Shown piece by piece: positions 7,649-15,802 of a stretch of 64,000 nt of DNA. Within the stretch, counting starts at the first letter, position 1. Each line of letters starts with the position of its first letter. The translations under genes were made by a program, and so were the position numbers. Source of the stretch: an uncultured Candidatus Saccharibacteria bacterium (GTDB lineage Bacteria; Patescibacteriota; Minisyncoccia; Phycocordibacterales; SBAW01); NCBI GenBank assembly GCA_964650645.1, contig CAZYUH010000001.1, positions 564,274 through 628,273 of the forward strand, read 5' to 3'. The notes below the pieces were generated by a model, which saw only the letters and a program-made list of their open reading frames with translations, was not told the origin of the DNA and did not search any database.

Positions 7649-8387
7649 CCCGTTCGACCGCATGCCGCGCAAGCGGGCGCCCAGGCGCTCGTGGCCGCTC
7701 TTTGTTGTCGCGGCCGTCCTGCTTGTGGGAGCGGTGGCGCTCTTGCGCGAGCCGGCGTCGAGCCTCCTGTGGCGCGTCCTTGCCCCCGCCGCGCGCGTGC
7801 GCGACTCGCTCAGTAATTCCGAGAACGCGCGCCTGCGGGCCGCGCTTGCTTCGACCACTGCCGCGCTCGCCGACCGCGCGCTTTTGTACGAGGAAGTCGC
7901 CGACCTGCGCGCGCGGCTGGGCCGCCCCGACGCGCCGCACGCGCGCGTGCTCGCCGCAGTGCTTGAGCGCCCGCCGTGGACGCCGTACGATACGCTGGTC
8001 ATCGACGCGGGCGCCGACCATGGCCTTGCCGCGGGCTCGCTCGTTTCGGCGGGCGGGCGGGGGCTCGTCGGGCGCGTGTCGGAAGTGTACGACACTGCCG
8101 CGCGCGTCGAGCTCTTTTCCGCGCCGGGCGCCTCCTACCAGGCCCTCCTCAACGGCACCATGCCCGTGGCGGTAGAAGGCCAAGGCGGCGGGTCGCTCCG
8201 CGCCGAGGTGCCGGCCGGCACGCCGGTGAAGGTCGGGGATAGCGTCGCGTTTCCGGGGCTCCTGGGTGGTATAGTGTCTGTTGTATCCGCGACCGAGGCC
8301 AAGGAAGGCGAGTCCTTCATCGTCGTGTACATGCGCCTTCCCGCCAACCCCGCAGACCTGCGCTTCGTGGAGGTTATCCGCCCATGA
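7623..8387 (+). CDS. mreC: Rod shape-determining protein MreC
   Basis: An N-terminal TM and coiled coil are followed by the beta-domain GxRVGRVSEV...VSAGG. It overlaps the mreB stop. Confidence 0.8.
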   Translation: MKTMAISPSPFDRMPRKRAPRRSWPLFVVAAVLLVGAVALLREPASSLLWRVLAPAARVRDSLSNSENARLRAALASTTAALADRALLYEEVADLRARLGRPDAPHARVLAAVLERPPWTPYDTLVIDAGADHGLAAGSLVSAGGRGLVGRVSEVYDTAARVELFSAPGASYQALLNGTMPVAVEGQGGGSLRAEVPAGTPVKVGDSVAFPGLLGGIVSVVSATEAKEGESFIVVYMRLPANPADLRFVEVIRP

Positions 8388-8674
8388 CCCTTTCAAGCGG
8401 CCACATATACGCGCTGACGTTCGCCATCGCCGCGACCGGCTTCCTTGTGCCGTTCTGGCCCCTGTCGGTGGCCGGCATCCTCATCGCGGCGCTTTCGGGG
8501 CGCTATATTTTCGCGCTCATGGTCGCGCTTCTCCTGGACCTCGCCTCCGGGGTCCCGACGGGAGTCCTGCACTATTTGTATGCGCCGTTCACTATCCTCG
8601 CCGCCCTAGCGGGAGCGCTGAGGATCTTCGGCGGCGCGTACGTCTTGGACAAGACCCCGCCCGATACGCTTTAA
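8384..8674 (+). CDS. mreD: Rod shape-determining protein MreD (short form)
   Basis: This is a 96-aa polytopic membrane protein whose start overlaps the mreC stop by 4 nt, and it is followed by PBP2. Confidence 0.55.
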   Translation: MTLSSGHIYALTFAIAATGFLVPFWPLSVAGILIAALSGRYIFALMVALLLDLASGVPTGVLHYLYAPFTILAALAGALRIFGGAYVLDKTPPDTL

Positions 8675-8681
8675 TGGGTCC

Positions 8682-10364
8682 ATGCTTCGCTGGCGGTTCC
8701 GCAAGAGGAGGATGCGCTCGGAAATACATCCCGACGAGATTTTCATAGATTCTGAGAACGTCTCCGAGCTCGACCGCGACCAGTTCGAGGGCCGCATCGA
8801 GCGCCCGCTCTCGCGCCGCCAGCTCGCCATCGCGGGCGGCGTCGTTTGCCTGGCCTTCGTCCTCCTGTTCGCGCGCGCGGGCGTGCTCCAGGTGGTGCAC
8901 GGGCAGGAGTACGCCGAGCAGGCGGAGCGCAACCAGCTTTCCGAGCAGACGATATTCGCCGACCGCGGCGCGATAGTGGATCGCAACGGGGTGCCTTTGG
9001 CGTGGAACGAGCGCGGGAGCGTGGACGATGATTTCGCGAAGCGCGTGTACGCAAACATGCGCGGGCTGGCGCATGCGGTGGGCTACACCCGCGCGCCCGC
9101 GAAGGACTCGAAGGGCTTCTACTTCCGCACCTCGTTCGAGGGGCTCGACGGCGCCGAGCAGGTGTACGACGAGAAGCTGCGCGGCCAGAACGGCGTCGAG
9201 CTCACCGAGACCGACGCGCTCGGCGACGTCGTGTCGCAGGCGACGACGCGCGCGCCGGTGGCGGGGGAGACGCTCAGGCTCTCGCTCGACGCCAATGTCA
9301 CCCAGGGGCTCTACGACGTGCTCGCGAAGAACGCCAGCGCGGCGAACTTCCAGGGCGCGGCGGGCATCATCATGGACGTGCGCACCGGCGAGCTCCTCGC
9401 TTTGGCGAGCTACCCCGAGTACGGGCAGAACGCCATGGTCGAGGGCGACCGCGCGCTCCTCGCGCAGTACAACAGCGACGAGCGCCAGCCGTTCCTCGAC
9501 CGCGCGGTGGACGGGCTCTACGCGCCCGGCTCCATCGTCAAGCCCGTCGTCGCGGCGGGCGCCATAGCCGACGGCGTCATCGATGAGTACAAGCAGATAG
9601 AGTCGACGGGCAAGCTCGTCCTCCCTAACCCGTACGACCCGGACAACCCGAGCATCTTCCGCGACTGGCGCGTCAACGGCTGGGTGGACGCCCGGCGCGC
9701 CATCGCGGTCTCCTCTGACATCTATTTCTACGAAGTGGGAGGCGGCTTCGGCAGCCAGAAGGGCATGGGCATAGAGTCCATAGGCAAGTGGCTCAGGGCC
9801 TTCGGGCTCGGCGCCGACGCGGGGCTTGAGGGCTTCTCGTCCAAGGCTGGCACCATACCGAGCAAGGAGTGGAAGGCGCAGGCGTTCCCCAAGGACCCTA
9901 CGTGGCGCGTGGGCAACACCTACCACACCGCCATAGGCCAGTACGGCACGCAGGTCACGCCCTTGCAGGCCGTCCGCATGACTGCCGCGCTCGCAAACAG
10001 CGGCACCCTGCTGGTGCCGACCCTGCTGGCGAGCTCGACCCCGCAGGCTTCAAAGGTGCAGATAGACCCGCACGCCCTGCAGGTCGGGCGCGAGGGTATG
10101 CGCATGAGCGTCACCGACGGCATCGCAACCGGCGTCAAGCTCCCGTACGTGTCGGTGGCGGCGAAGACCGGCACCGCGCAGATAGGCATGCGCAACGAGT
10201 ACCTCAACGCCTGGATGGTAGGCTTCTGGCCGTACGAGGATCCCAAGTACGCCTTCGCAGTCATACTCGACCGCGCGCCCGAGCACACTTCGACGGGGGG
10301 CAACGCGGTCATGGGCCAGTTCTTCGCCTGGATGCGCGATAACGCCCCGCAGTACCTCAAGTAG
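8682..10364 (+). CDS. mrdA: Penicillin-binding protein 2 (elongation transpeptidase)
   Basis: The SIVKP (SxxK), SSD (SxN-like) and KTGTAQ motifs are present, along with an N-terminal TM and the mre operon context. Confidence 0.9.
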   Translation: MLRWRFRKRRMRSEIHPDEIFIDSENVSELDRDQFEGRIERPLSRRQLAIAGGVVCLAFVLLFARAGVLQVVHGQEYAEQAERNQLSEQTIFADRGAIVDRNGVPLAWNERGSVDDDFAKRVYANMRGLAHAVGYTRAPAKDSKGFYFRTSFEGLDGAEQVYDEKLRGQNGVELTETDALGDVVSQATTRAPVAGETLRLSLDANVTQGLYDVLAKNASAANFQGAAGIIMDVRTGELLALASYPEYGQNAMVEGDRALLAQYNSDERQPFLDRAVDGLYAPGSIVKPVVAAGAIADGVIDEYKQIESTGKLVLPNPYDPDNPSIFRDWRVNGWVDARRAIAVSSDIYFYEVGGGFGSQKGMGIESIGKWLRAFGLGADAGLEGFSSKAGTIPSKEWKAQAFPKDPTWRVGNTYHTAIGQYGTQVTPLQAVRMTAALANSGTLLVPTLLASSTPQASKVQIDPHALQVGREGMRMSVTDGIATGVKLPYVSVAAKTGTAQIGMRNEYLNAWMVGFWPYEDPKYAFAVILDRAPEHTSTGGNAVMGQFFAWMRDNAPQYLK

Positions 10365-10406
10365 GGCGCTCCCGGGCCCGCGCCGCCTTAAGGCGGCGCG
10401 GGCCGC

Positions 10407-10440
10407 GCTTGACTTGCGTCCCGGTTTAGCTACACTTGGT
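10407..10440 (+). promoter_or_regulatory. Sigma70-like promoter TTGACT-N16-TACACT upstream of greA, followed by a ~120-nt structured 5' UTR
   Basis: The sequence is gcgcTTGACTtgcgtcccggtttagcTACACTtgg. The UTR contains the hairpins gtgcTAATgcac and ccccgcgagggg. Confidence 0.35.
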
Positions 10441-10561
10441 GTGCTAATGCACCGTAATTCCCCGCGAGGGGAATTTATGGTCTGGCGAGCGGGGAACGCG
10501 AGCTCGCAGTATCCCGAAGGAAAAGCGGCGCCGTAGTAATTTCATAAATTCATACATTCAC

Positions 10562-11020
10562 ATGGAAGAGATGATGTCCCAGGAGAAGTTCGAGGAGCTG
10601 ACCCAGGAGCTCGAGGGCCTGCGCACGACCCGCCGCAAGGAGGTCGCCGAGCAGCTCGAGTACGCGCGCTCGCTGGGCGACCTTTCCGAGAACGCCGAGT
10701 ACCAGGAGGCGCGCGAGATGCAGTCGGCGGTAGAGGAGCGCATCGGCAAGCTCGAAGGCATCCTCAAGAACGCGAAAATCGTGAAGGCAGGCAAGGGCGA
10801 CGGCGTGGGGATGGGCTCGACCGTGACCGTGCAGAAGACGGGCGGCGGCGAGAGCCATACCTACACCATAGTGGGCGCCGAGGAGGCCGACATCATAAAG
10901 GGCAAGGTCAGCTACCACTCGCCGCTGGGCGCGGCGCTTCTGGGCAAGAAGAAAGGCGATGAGTTCTCCTTCAACACCCCGCGCGGCGTGCAGAAGTACA
11001 AGATACTGAAAGTGGACTAA
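10562..11020 (+). CDS. greA: Transcription elongation factor GreA
   Basis: The protein spans MSQEKFEELTQELEGLR...LSENAEYQEAREMQ...GDEFSFNTPRG. Confidence 0.95.
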   Translation: MEEMMSQEKFEELTQELEGLRTTRRKEVAEQLEYARSLGDLSENAEYQEAREMQSAVEERIGKLEGILKNAKIVKAGKGDGVGMGSTVTVQKTGGGESHTYTIVGAEEADIIKGKVSYHSPLGAALLGKKKGDEFSFNTPRGVQKYKILKVD

Positions 11021-11032
11021 AAGCCAAAAGAA

Positions 11033-11061
11033 GAACCCCCGGCGAAAGCCGGGGGTTTTTG
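11033..11061 (+). terminator. Intrinsic terminator after greA
   Basis: The sequence is cccccggcgaaagccggggg followed by ttttt. Confidence 0.8.
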
Positions 11062-11073
11062 AGCACGAGGCGC

Positions 11074-11322
11074 TCAGAAGCGCGGGTAGTTTTCGGGCAC
11101 TTTCCCGTCGGGAAAGAAGTAGCCCACGTCGACGTTGTTCCTTCTCGCGACGAATTCGAGCTTCTGCCCGCATGCGGGCTTGCCGGCTTCCCAGTCGGAT
11201 ATCTCCTTCTGGTGCGTCCCGCAACGGGCGGCGAAGTCGCTCGGGGACATCGGGCCGCGCAGCTCCTTTAGTCTGCTTCCAACGAACCTGTGGATGGCCT
11301 CGTCGTTGGGTTTACGCGCCAT
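11074..11322 (-). CDS. XRE-family helix-turn-helix transcriptional regulator
   Basis: This is an 82-aa protein with HTH_3-like core LKELRGPMSPSDFAARCGTHQKEISDWEAGK. Confidence 0.7.
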   Translation of the reverse strand: MARKPNDEAIHRFVGSRLKELRGPMSPSDFAARCGTHQKEISDWEAGKPACGQKLEFVARRNNVDVGYFFPDGKVPENYPRF

Positions 11323-11488
11323 AGTCGCTTCCTTCTCGTTGCGCCCCTCAGGGCAGGGTTCTTAATGGGCCGCGACGCGCGTTCGCAGCCCCGTTTCGGC
11401 GTATTCTGTACCAGCTCGCCGTGTAATACACTACTATAATTTTGCAAATAGTCAAGAGTGAATTGTAGTGCCTGTGCCGGCAAAAAGC

Positions 11489-11509
11489 GCTACATGCAAA
11501 ACATGTAGC
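11489..11509. promoter_or_regulatory. Perfect inverted repeat GCTACATG-N5-CATGTAGC (candidate operator) between the divergent XRE regulator and the lysyl-tRNA synthetase gene
   Basis: The 8-bp half-sites at 11489..11496 and 11502..11509 are exact reverse complements. A second 8-N2-8 palindrome, GGGAAAGC-GA-GCTTTCCC, lies at 11512..11529. Confidence 0.4.
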
Positions 11510-11555
11510 CTTGCTCGCATGGGAAAGCGAGCTTTCCCAACTCGCTCCGCTAGAC

Positions 11556-11561
11556 TATAGT
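11556..11561 (+). promoter_or_regulatory. -10 box TATAGT 6 nt upstream of the lysK ATG (leaderless start)
   Basis: The sequence is gactaTAGTtacgctATG, with a weak -35 TTCCCA 16 nt upstream. Confidence 0.35.
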
Positions 11562-11567
11562 TACGCT

Positions 11568-13085
11568 ATGTTTTGGGCAGACCGCATAGCGGGGGAGGTT
11601 GTGACGCGCTTCGGCGCGCGCTCCGAGCCCCTTCTCATACGCGACGAGAAGACGCTCTCCGGCCGCGTGCATGTCGGAAGCCTGCGCGGCGTGGCGATAC
11701 ATGGCGTCATGCATGAGGTGCTGAAAGAGAAGGGAATCGGCAGCGCGTTCATGTTCGAGTTCAACGACTACGACCCCATGGACGGCATCCCGGCGTATCT
11801 CGACCAGGCCGCGTACGAGAAGTACCTAGGCATGCCGCTTAAGAACATCCCGAGCCCGGAGCCCGGCTTCGATAACTTCGCGGAGTACTACGGCGCGGAG
11901 TTCAGGGCCGTCATCGAGGCCGCGGGCTGGGAGCCCGAGGTGTACCGCAGCAGCGAGCTGTACCTTTCGGGCCGCATGGACGGCGCCATCCGCGCGGCGC
12001 TCGAAGGCGCGGCCGATATCCGCCGCATCTACAAGGAAGTCTCGGGCGGCGAGCGAAAGGATGCGTGGCTTCCCGTATCGGTCATCTGCCCGTCGTGCGG
12101 CAGGCTCTCGACCACGTTCGCGAGCGATTTCGACGGCGAGACCGTGCAGGTGTCGTGCCGCGACCTCGAATGGGTGAAGGGCTGCGGCTTCGAGGGGCGC
12201 GTATCGCCGTTCGGCGGCAATGCGAAGCTCCCGTGGAAGGTCGAGTGGCCCGCAAAATGGAAGGTCGTCGGCGTCGACATCGAGGGCGCGGGCAAGGACC
12301 ATTCGACCAGGGGCGGCTCGCGCGACGTCGCCAACCATATTTCAAAAGAGGTGTTCGGATACGAGCCGCCGTTCGACATGCCGTACGAGTTCTTCCTGGT
12401 CGGCGGAAAGAAGATGTCCTCGTCCAAAGGGCGGGGCAGCAGCGCAAAGGAGATTTCGGACCTCGTGCCAGCGAAGATCCTGCGCCTGGCGCTCCTTGGC
12501 AAGGATCCGATGCACGCGTTCAGCTTCGACCCTGAGGGCGATACCATTCCCGTTTTGTACGACCTGTACGACAAGCTCGCCGCGGCCTACTGGGCGGGGA
12601 TGCGCGACGACTTCTCGCGCCTGTTCGAGTACGTCCATCCGCGCCGCGCCATTCCCGCGCAGTCGGCATTGCCGCGCTTCTCGCAGGTCGCGTTCGTCGT
12701 GCAGATGCCGCATATGGACCTGCACAAGGAGTTCCCCGAGGCCGACCGCGCCGAATTGGACGAGCGCGCGAAATACGCCCGCCACTGGCTTTCCGCGTAC
12801 GCGCCCGAGAAGTTCGTATTCAAGCTGCAGGAGGAGCTTCCGGATGCCGCGAAGGGCCTTTCCGATTCTGCCAAAGCGGCACTCAAGGGGCTGCATGGCT
12901 TCATCGCCTCGCGCGAGGCGATGCCCTCTGGCGAGGAACTGCACGCCGAATTGCACAAGACGAAAGAATTTAAGGCGGTGTATCTCGCGTTTTTGGCCAA
13001 AGAGAGCGGCCCCAAGGCTGGGTGGTTCCTCTCGAGCCTGCCGCGCGAGTTCGTGCTCGCACGGCTTGCGGAGGCGAGCGCGTAA
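11568..13085 (+). CDS. lysK: Class I (archaeal-type) lysyl-tRNA synthetase
   Basis: The N-terminus MFWADRIAGE matches the class-I LysRS N-terminus (M.HWAD...). It has the HIGH variant HVGSLRG, KMSKS as KMSSSKG, and a Zn knuckle CPSCGRL...C. The in-frame ATG at 11511 is a possible alternative start. Confidence 0.85.
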   Translation: MFWADRIAGEVVTRFGARSEPLLIRDEKTLSGRVHVGSLRGVAIHGVMHEVLKEKGIGSAFMFEFNDYDPMDGIPAYLDQAAYEKYLGMPLKNIPSPEPGFDNFAEYYGAEFRAVIEAAGWEPEVYRSSELYLSGRMDGAIRAALEGAADIRRIYKEVSGGERKDAWLPVSVICPSCGRLSTTFASDFDGETVQVSCRDLEWVKGCGFEGRVSPFGGNAKLPWKVEWPAKWKVVGVDIEGAGKDHSTRGGSRDVANHISKEVFGYEPPFDMPYEFFLVGGKKMSSSKGRGSSAKEISDLVPAKILRLALLGKDPMHAFSFDPEGDTIPVLYDLYDKLAAAYWAGMRDDFSRLFEYVHPRRAIPAQSALPRFSQVAFVVQMPHMDLHKEFPEADRAELDERAKYARHWLSAYAPEKFVFKLQEELPDAAKGLSDSAKAALKGLHGFIASREAMPSGEELHAELHKTKEFKAVYLAFLAKESGPKAGWFLSSLPREFVLARLAEASA

Positions 13086-13130
13086 TTTTTTTAAATAAAA
13101 GCCCGCCCCGGCAAAGCCGAGGGCGGGCGT
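13085..13130 (-). terminator. Minus-strand intrinsic terminator downstream of gene 13162..13404
   Basis: The hairpin gcccgccc...ggcgggc at 13101..13128 has its T-run on the minus strand (the A/T run 13086..13100). Confidence 0.6.
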
Positions 13131-13161
13131 GAGTTCGGCGTGAAGCCGAAAAACTTGATCC

Positions 13162-13404
13162 TCACCTCCGCGAAGCGGAGAGGGTATCCGGAGGAACTCT
13201 GGTCTGGACGCTGCTTGGTGCAACGGCTAAACGAGAATCCCTGCCATCATAAGGCTGTAAAGAACCGTGCTTTTCCTTCCACGCGGGGCCGGGGCCGCGC
13301 ATGTAGTGCAGCTCGGGCTTGTAGGAATCGAACAGGACGGCGCGCAGGCCCCTCTTTTCGACTTCCTGGAGTTTCGTCTTGATGGTCTTCGTGAGACGCG
13401 TCAT
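13162..13404 (-). CDS. Hypothetical small protein (80 aa)
   Basis: An RBS ggaaaggg lies 8 nt upstream of the ATG, and the terminator sits directly after the stop. The N-terminal half, MTRLTKTIKTKLQEVEKRGLRAVLFDSYKPELHY, looks protein-like. Confidence 0.4.
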   Translation of the reverse strand: MTRLTKTIKTKLQEVEKRGLRAVLFDSYKPELHYMRGPGPAWKEKHGSLQPYDGRDSRLAVAPSSVQTRVPPDTLSASRR

Positions 13405-13524
13405 GGGAAAACCCTTTCCTGTGTGCGGTTGTGCGGTACGCAGAAGGCTACTTGCCCCTTTATACCAGACGGGCCGGGTTTGTAAAACTTACGGGGCGCA
13501 GCAGGGCCTGCGTGAACGGGCCAG

Positions 13525-13560
13525 GGAATGGAAAAGGCCGGCATCGCAGTGCGATGCCGG
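13525..13560 (-). terminator. Minus-strand intrinsic terminator after gene 13570..13755
   Basis: The hairpin is ccggcatcg/cgatgccgg (13537..13559), with a minus-strand T-run at 13528..13536. Confidence 0.55.
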
Positions 13561-13569
13561 TCGCGGGCG

Positions 13570-13755
13570 TCAAAAGACCATGAGCGCCCAGAGGAAACTG
13601 CCGCAAAAGACCGCGGCGACGAGGCAGGCCCCGAACTTCAGCTTGAAGTTCCGCTCCACCCTTTCCAGTTCGCGGCAGTAGGCGTCGAGCTCCTGCAGCT
13701 GCGGGGGCTTAGAGAGAGGGGCGGGCTTCATGGGGGCGGTGGGAATGAACGGCAT
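13570..13755 (-). CDS. Hypothetical small membrane-anchored protein (61 aa, C-terminal TM)
   Basis: An RBS aggaga lies 7 nt upstream and its own terminator follows. The protein is MPFIPTAPMKPAPLSKPPQLQELDAYCRELERVERNFKLKFGACLVAAVFCGSFLWALMVF. Confidence 0.5.
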   Translation of the reverse strand: MPFIPTAPMKPAPLSKPPQLQELDAYCRELERVERNFKLKFGACLVAAVFCGSFLWALMVF

Positions 13756-14027
13756 CGGTATTCTCCTGGCTGGTGTTCAGCTTCGGGAACAGTCTGTTTG
13801 ACCTTCCTGCTATTAATTATACACCCGTTTGTATAAATTGTCAAGCATATAAAACCCCTTATATACCAACGTTTTTCGGCTTCTTGCTGGCGCCGCTCCC
13901 GCTTGCCGCCAAACGGGTCGAAATGTGGATAAATACACAAGTTAAGTAGGAAACTGTGGAGTAAAATGGTTTCTAGTGGGATGAAGTGGGATAGCCCGCC
14001 CCGCTAGGGTTCCGCAGAAAACACCAT

Positions 14028-14462
14028 ATGCTGATCGGCGAATACCTCCACACCCTCGACGCGAAGAAACGGCTCAGCCTGCCTTCGAAGTTCAGGAAAG
14101 AGGTCGGCCGAAAGGTCGTGGTGACCCGCGGGCTCGATTCGTGCCTCTTCATGTTCCCGGAGAAGGCATGGCAGAAGATCGCGCAGAAGCTCTCGGACCT
14201 GCCGGTGGGGCAGGCCGACACCCGCGGCATGGCGAGGTTCCTCCTGGCGGGCGCGGTCGAGGCCGAGGTGGACGGGGCGGGGCGCATCCTCATTCCCGAC
14301 TACCTCAAGGAGTTCGCAGACCTCAAGTCCCGCGTCGTCCTGGCCGGCGTGTCGGACCGCATCGAGATCTGGAACGAGAAGACCTGGGAGGAGTACAAGC
14401 GCCGCATCGAGAAGGGCGCCGACCAGATGGCCCAGGCGCTGGGGAACATGGGGATTCTTTAA
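14028..14462 (+). CDS. mraZ: Division/cell wall cluster transcriptional regulator MraZ
   Basis: The protein spans MLIGEYLHTLDAKKRLSLPSKFR...GVSDRIEIW (a duplicated MraZ fold). Confidence 0.9.
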   Translation: MLIGEYLHTLDAKKRLSLPSKFRKEVGRKVVVTRGLDSCLFMFPEKAWQKIAQKLSDLPVGQADTRGMARFLLAGAVEAEVDGAGRILIPDYLKEFADLKSRVVLAGVSDRIEIWNEKTWEEYKRRIEKGADQMAQALGNMGIL

Positions 14463-14465
14463 CAT

Positions 14466-15440
14466 ATGACTTCTACTTTTACTGCTGCTCGTGCATCGCA
14501 CCGCTCCCGTCGAGAGGAGGGCGTCGTGGCACATGAGCGGCAGCAAGAGCGGAAGCGGAAAATCGAGGCAGAGCGGAAGCTGGACGCCAAGCACGTGAGC
14601 GTCATGCCGCGCGAGGCGCTGGCGGCGCTTGCCGTGCAGGACAAGGAGATAGTCGTCGATGCGACCTACGGGCAGGGCGGGCACTCGAAGCTCCTGAAGA
14701 AAGAGGCGAGGATAAAGCTCGTATGCCTCGATGCCGACCCGGCGGCGGGCGTCATCAACGCGAACTTCGGCGATTTGGGCCGGGTAGCGGAAGACCTGGG
14801 CATCACCGAAATAAACAAGGCGCTTTTTGACCTCGGGTGGAACCGCGGCCAGCTTTCCTCCGGCCGGGGCTTTTCCTTCATGGCCGACGAGCCTCTTAAT
14901 ATGAGCTACGGCGAGGCGCCGCGCTCGGGCTTTACCGCCGCCGAGATGCTCAACACGTTCAGCGAAAAGGCGCTGGCCGACGTGTTCTTCGGCTACGGCG
15001 AGGAGCGCTACGCGCGCCGCATCGCCGCCGCGGTCACCAAGCGCCGCGAAGAGAAGCCCTTCGAGACCACGCTCGAGCTCGTCGAAACTATACACGACGC
15101 GGTGCCCGCCGCGTACCGCCGCGGCCGCATCCACCCGGCGACGCGCACCTTCCAGGCCCTGCGCATCGCGGTCAACGACGAGCTGGGCGCCATAGAGCAG
15201 GGCGTCGGGGCGGCATGGGCGCTCCTGGCGTGCGGCGGCCGCATCGCGGTCATTACCTTCCACAGCATCGAGGACCGGCTGGTAAAGCGGCTCTTCGCGG
15301 GCTTATCCAAAAAAGAAGGGGACGGGCACAGGGGAAGGCTGTTGTACAAGAAGCCTCTCGTCCCGTCCCAGGCCGAAGTGAAAGCAAACCCCGCGTCCAG
15401 GTCCGCCAAGCTAAGAGCGATAGAAAAGATATGCCAATAA
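14466..15440 (+). CDS. rsmH: 16S rRNA (cytosine1402-N4)-methyltransferase RsmH
   Basis: The motif DATYGQGGHS is present at the SAM site. The conserved N-terminus begins near HVSVMPREAL, so the true start may be internal (GTG 14595 or ATG 14604). Confidence 0.85.
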   Translation: MTSTFTAARASHRSRREEGVVAHERQQERKRKIEAERKLDAKHVSVMPREALAALAVQDKEIVVDATYGQGGHSKLLKKEARIKLVCLDADPAAGVINANFGDLGRVAEDLGITEINKALFDLGWNRGQLSSGRGFSFMADEPLNMSYGEAPRSGFTAAEMLNTFSEKALADVFFGYGEERYARRIAAAVTKRREEKPFETTLELVETIHDAVPAAYRRGRIHPATRTFQALRIAVNDELGAIEQGVGAAWALLACGGRIAVITFHSIEDRLVKRLFAGLSKKEGDGHRGRLLYKKPLVPSQAEVKANPASRSAKLRAIEKICQ

Positions 15441-15754
15441 AACTCAACCCCATAGCGCTCTACCACCTCTACGTGAGGCGCGCCGTCGCCGCGCTTGCGG
15501 CCGTCATAGTGCTCAGCACCTTCCTGTACGGGTTCTTCCTCCTTGAGGCCGTGTCGCATGCCGCTTCACAGGCTTCCGCGCGCCGCGAGATAGCCCAGCT
15601 TTCCTCGAGGGTGGGCGAGCTCCAGTCCAAGTACCTGACGGCGACCAGGGCGCTCACGCCCACGCTGGCGCGCTCGCTGGGTTTCGTGGCGCCCGTGGAC
15701 GTCGCGACCGTGTACGCCGAAGCCGGCGCGCAGACGCTCACCGCGAACCGGTAG
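15431..15754 (+). CDS. ftsL: FtsL-like cell division protein (single TM plus coiled coil)
   Basis: The start overlaps the rsmH stop (atATGccaataa). It has a TM AALAAVIVLSTFLYGFFLL followed by a coiled coil, and sits in the dcw cluster between rsmH and ftsI. Confidence 0.55.
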   Translation: MPIKLNPIALYHLYVRRAVAALAAVIVLSTFLYGFFLLEAVSHAASQASARREIAQLSSRVGELQSKYLTATRALTPTLARSLGFVAPVDVATVYAEAGAQTLTANR

Positions 15755-15787
15755 CGCGCCGCGCGGCTCATGCGGGCTTCATCGCGG

Positions 15788-15793
15788 TATACT
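15788..15793 (+). promoter_or_regulatory. -10 box TATACT 9 nt upstream of the ftsI ATG
   Basis: The sequence is cgcgGTATACTaactgaattATG, with no SD. Confidence 0.3.
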
Positions 15794-15802
15794 AACTGAA
15801 TT

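Noticed and set aside
6536-8095. 519-aa minus-strand ORF
   Set aside because: It is antisense to mreB/mreC. Its Arg/Ala/His-rich low-complexity translation is typical of GC-rich shadow frames.
8592-9926. 444-aa minus-strand ORF
   Set aside because: It is antisense to mrdA (PBP2) and is a shadow ORF.
13140-13382. 80-aa plus-strand ORF
   Set aside because: It overlaps the minus-strand gene 13162..13404, which has an RBS and a terminator. The plus-strand translation is Arg/Gly-rich junk.
14004-15263. 419-aa minus-strand ORF
   Set aside because: It is antisense to mraZ/rsmH. It has no motifs and a GC-driven open frame.
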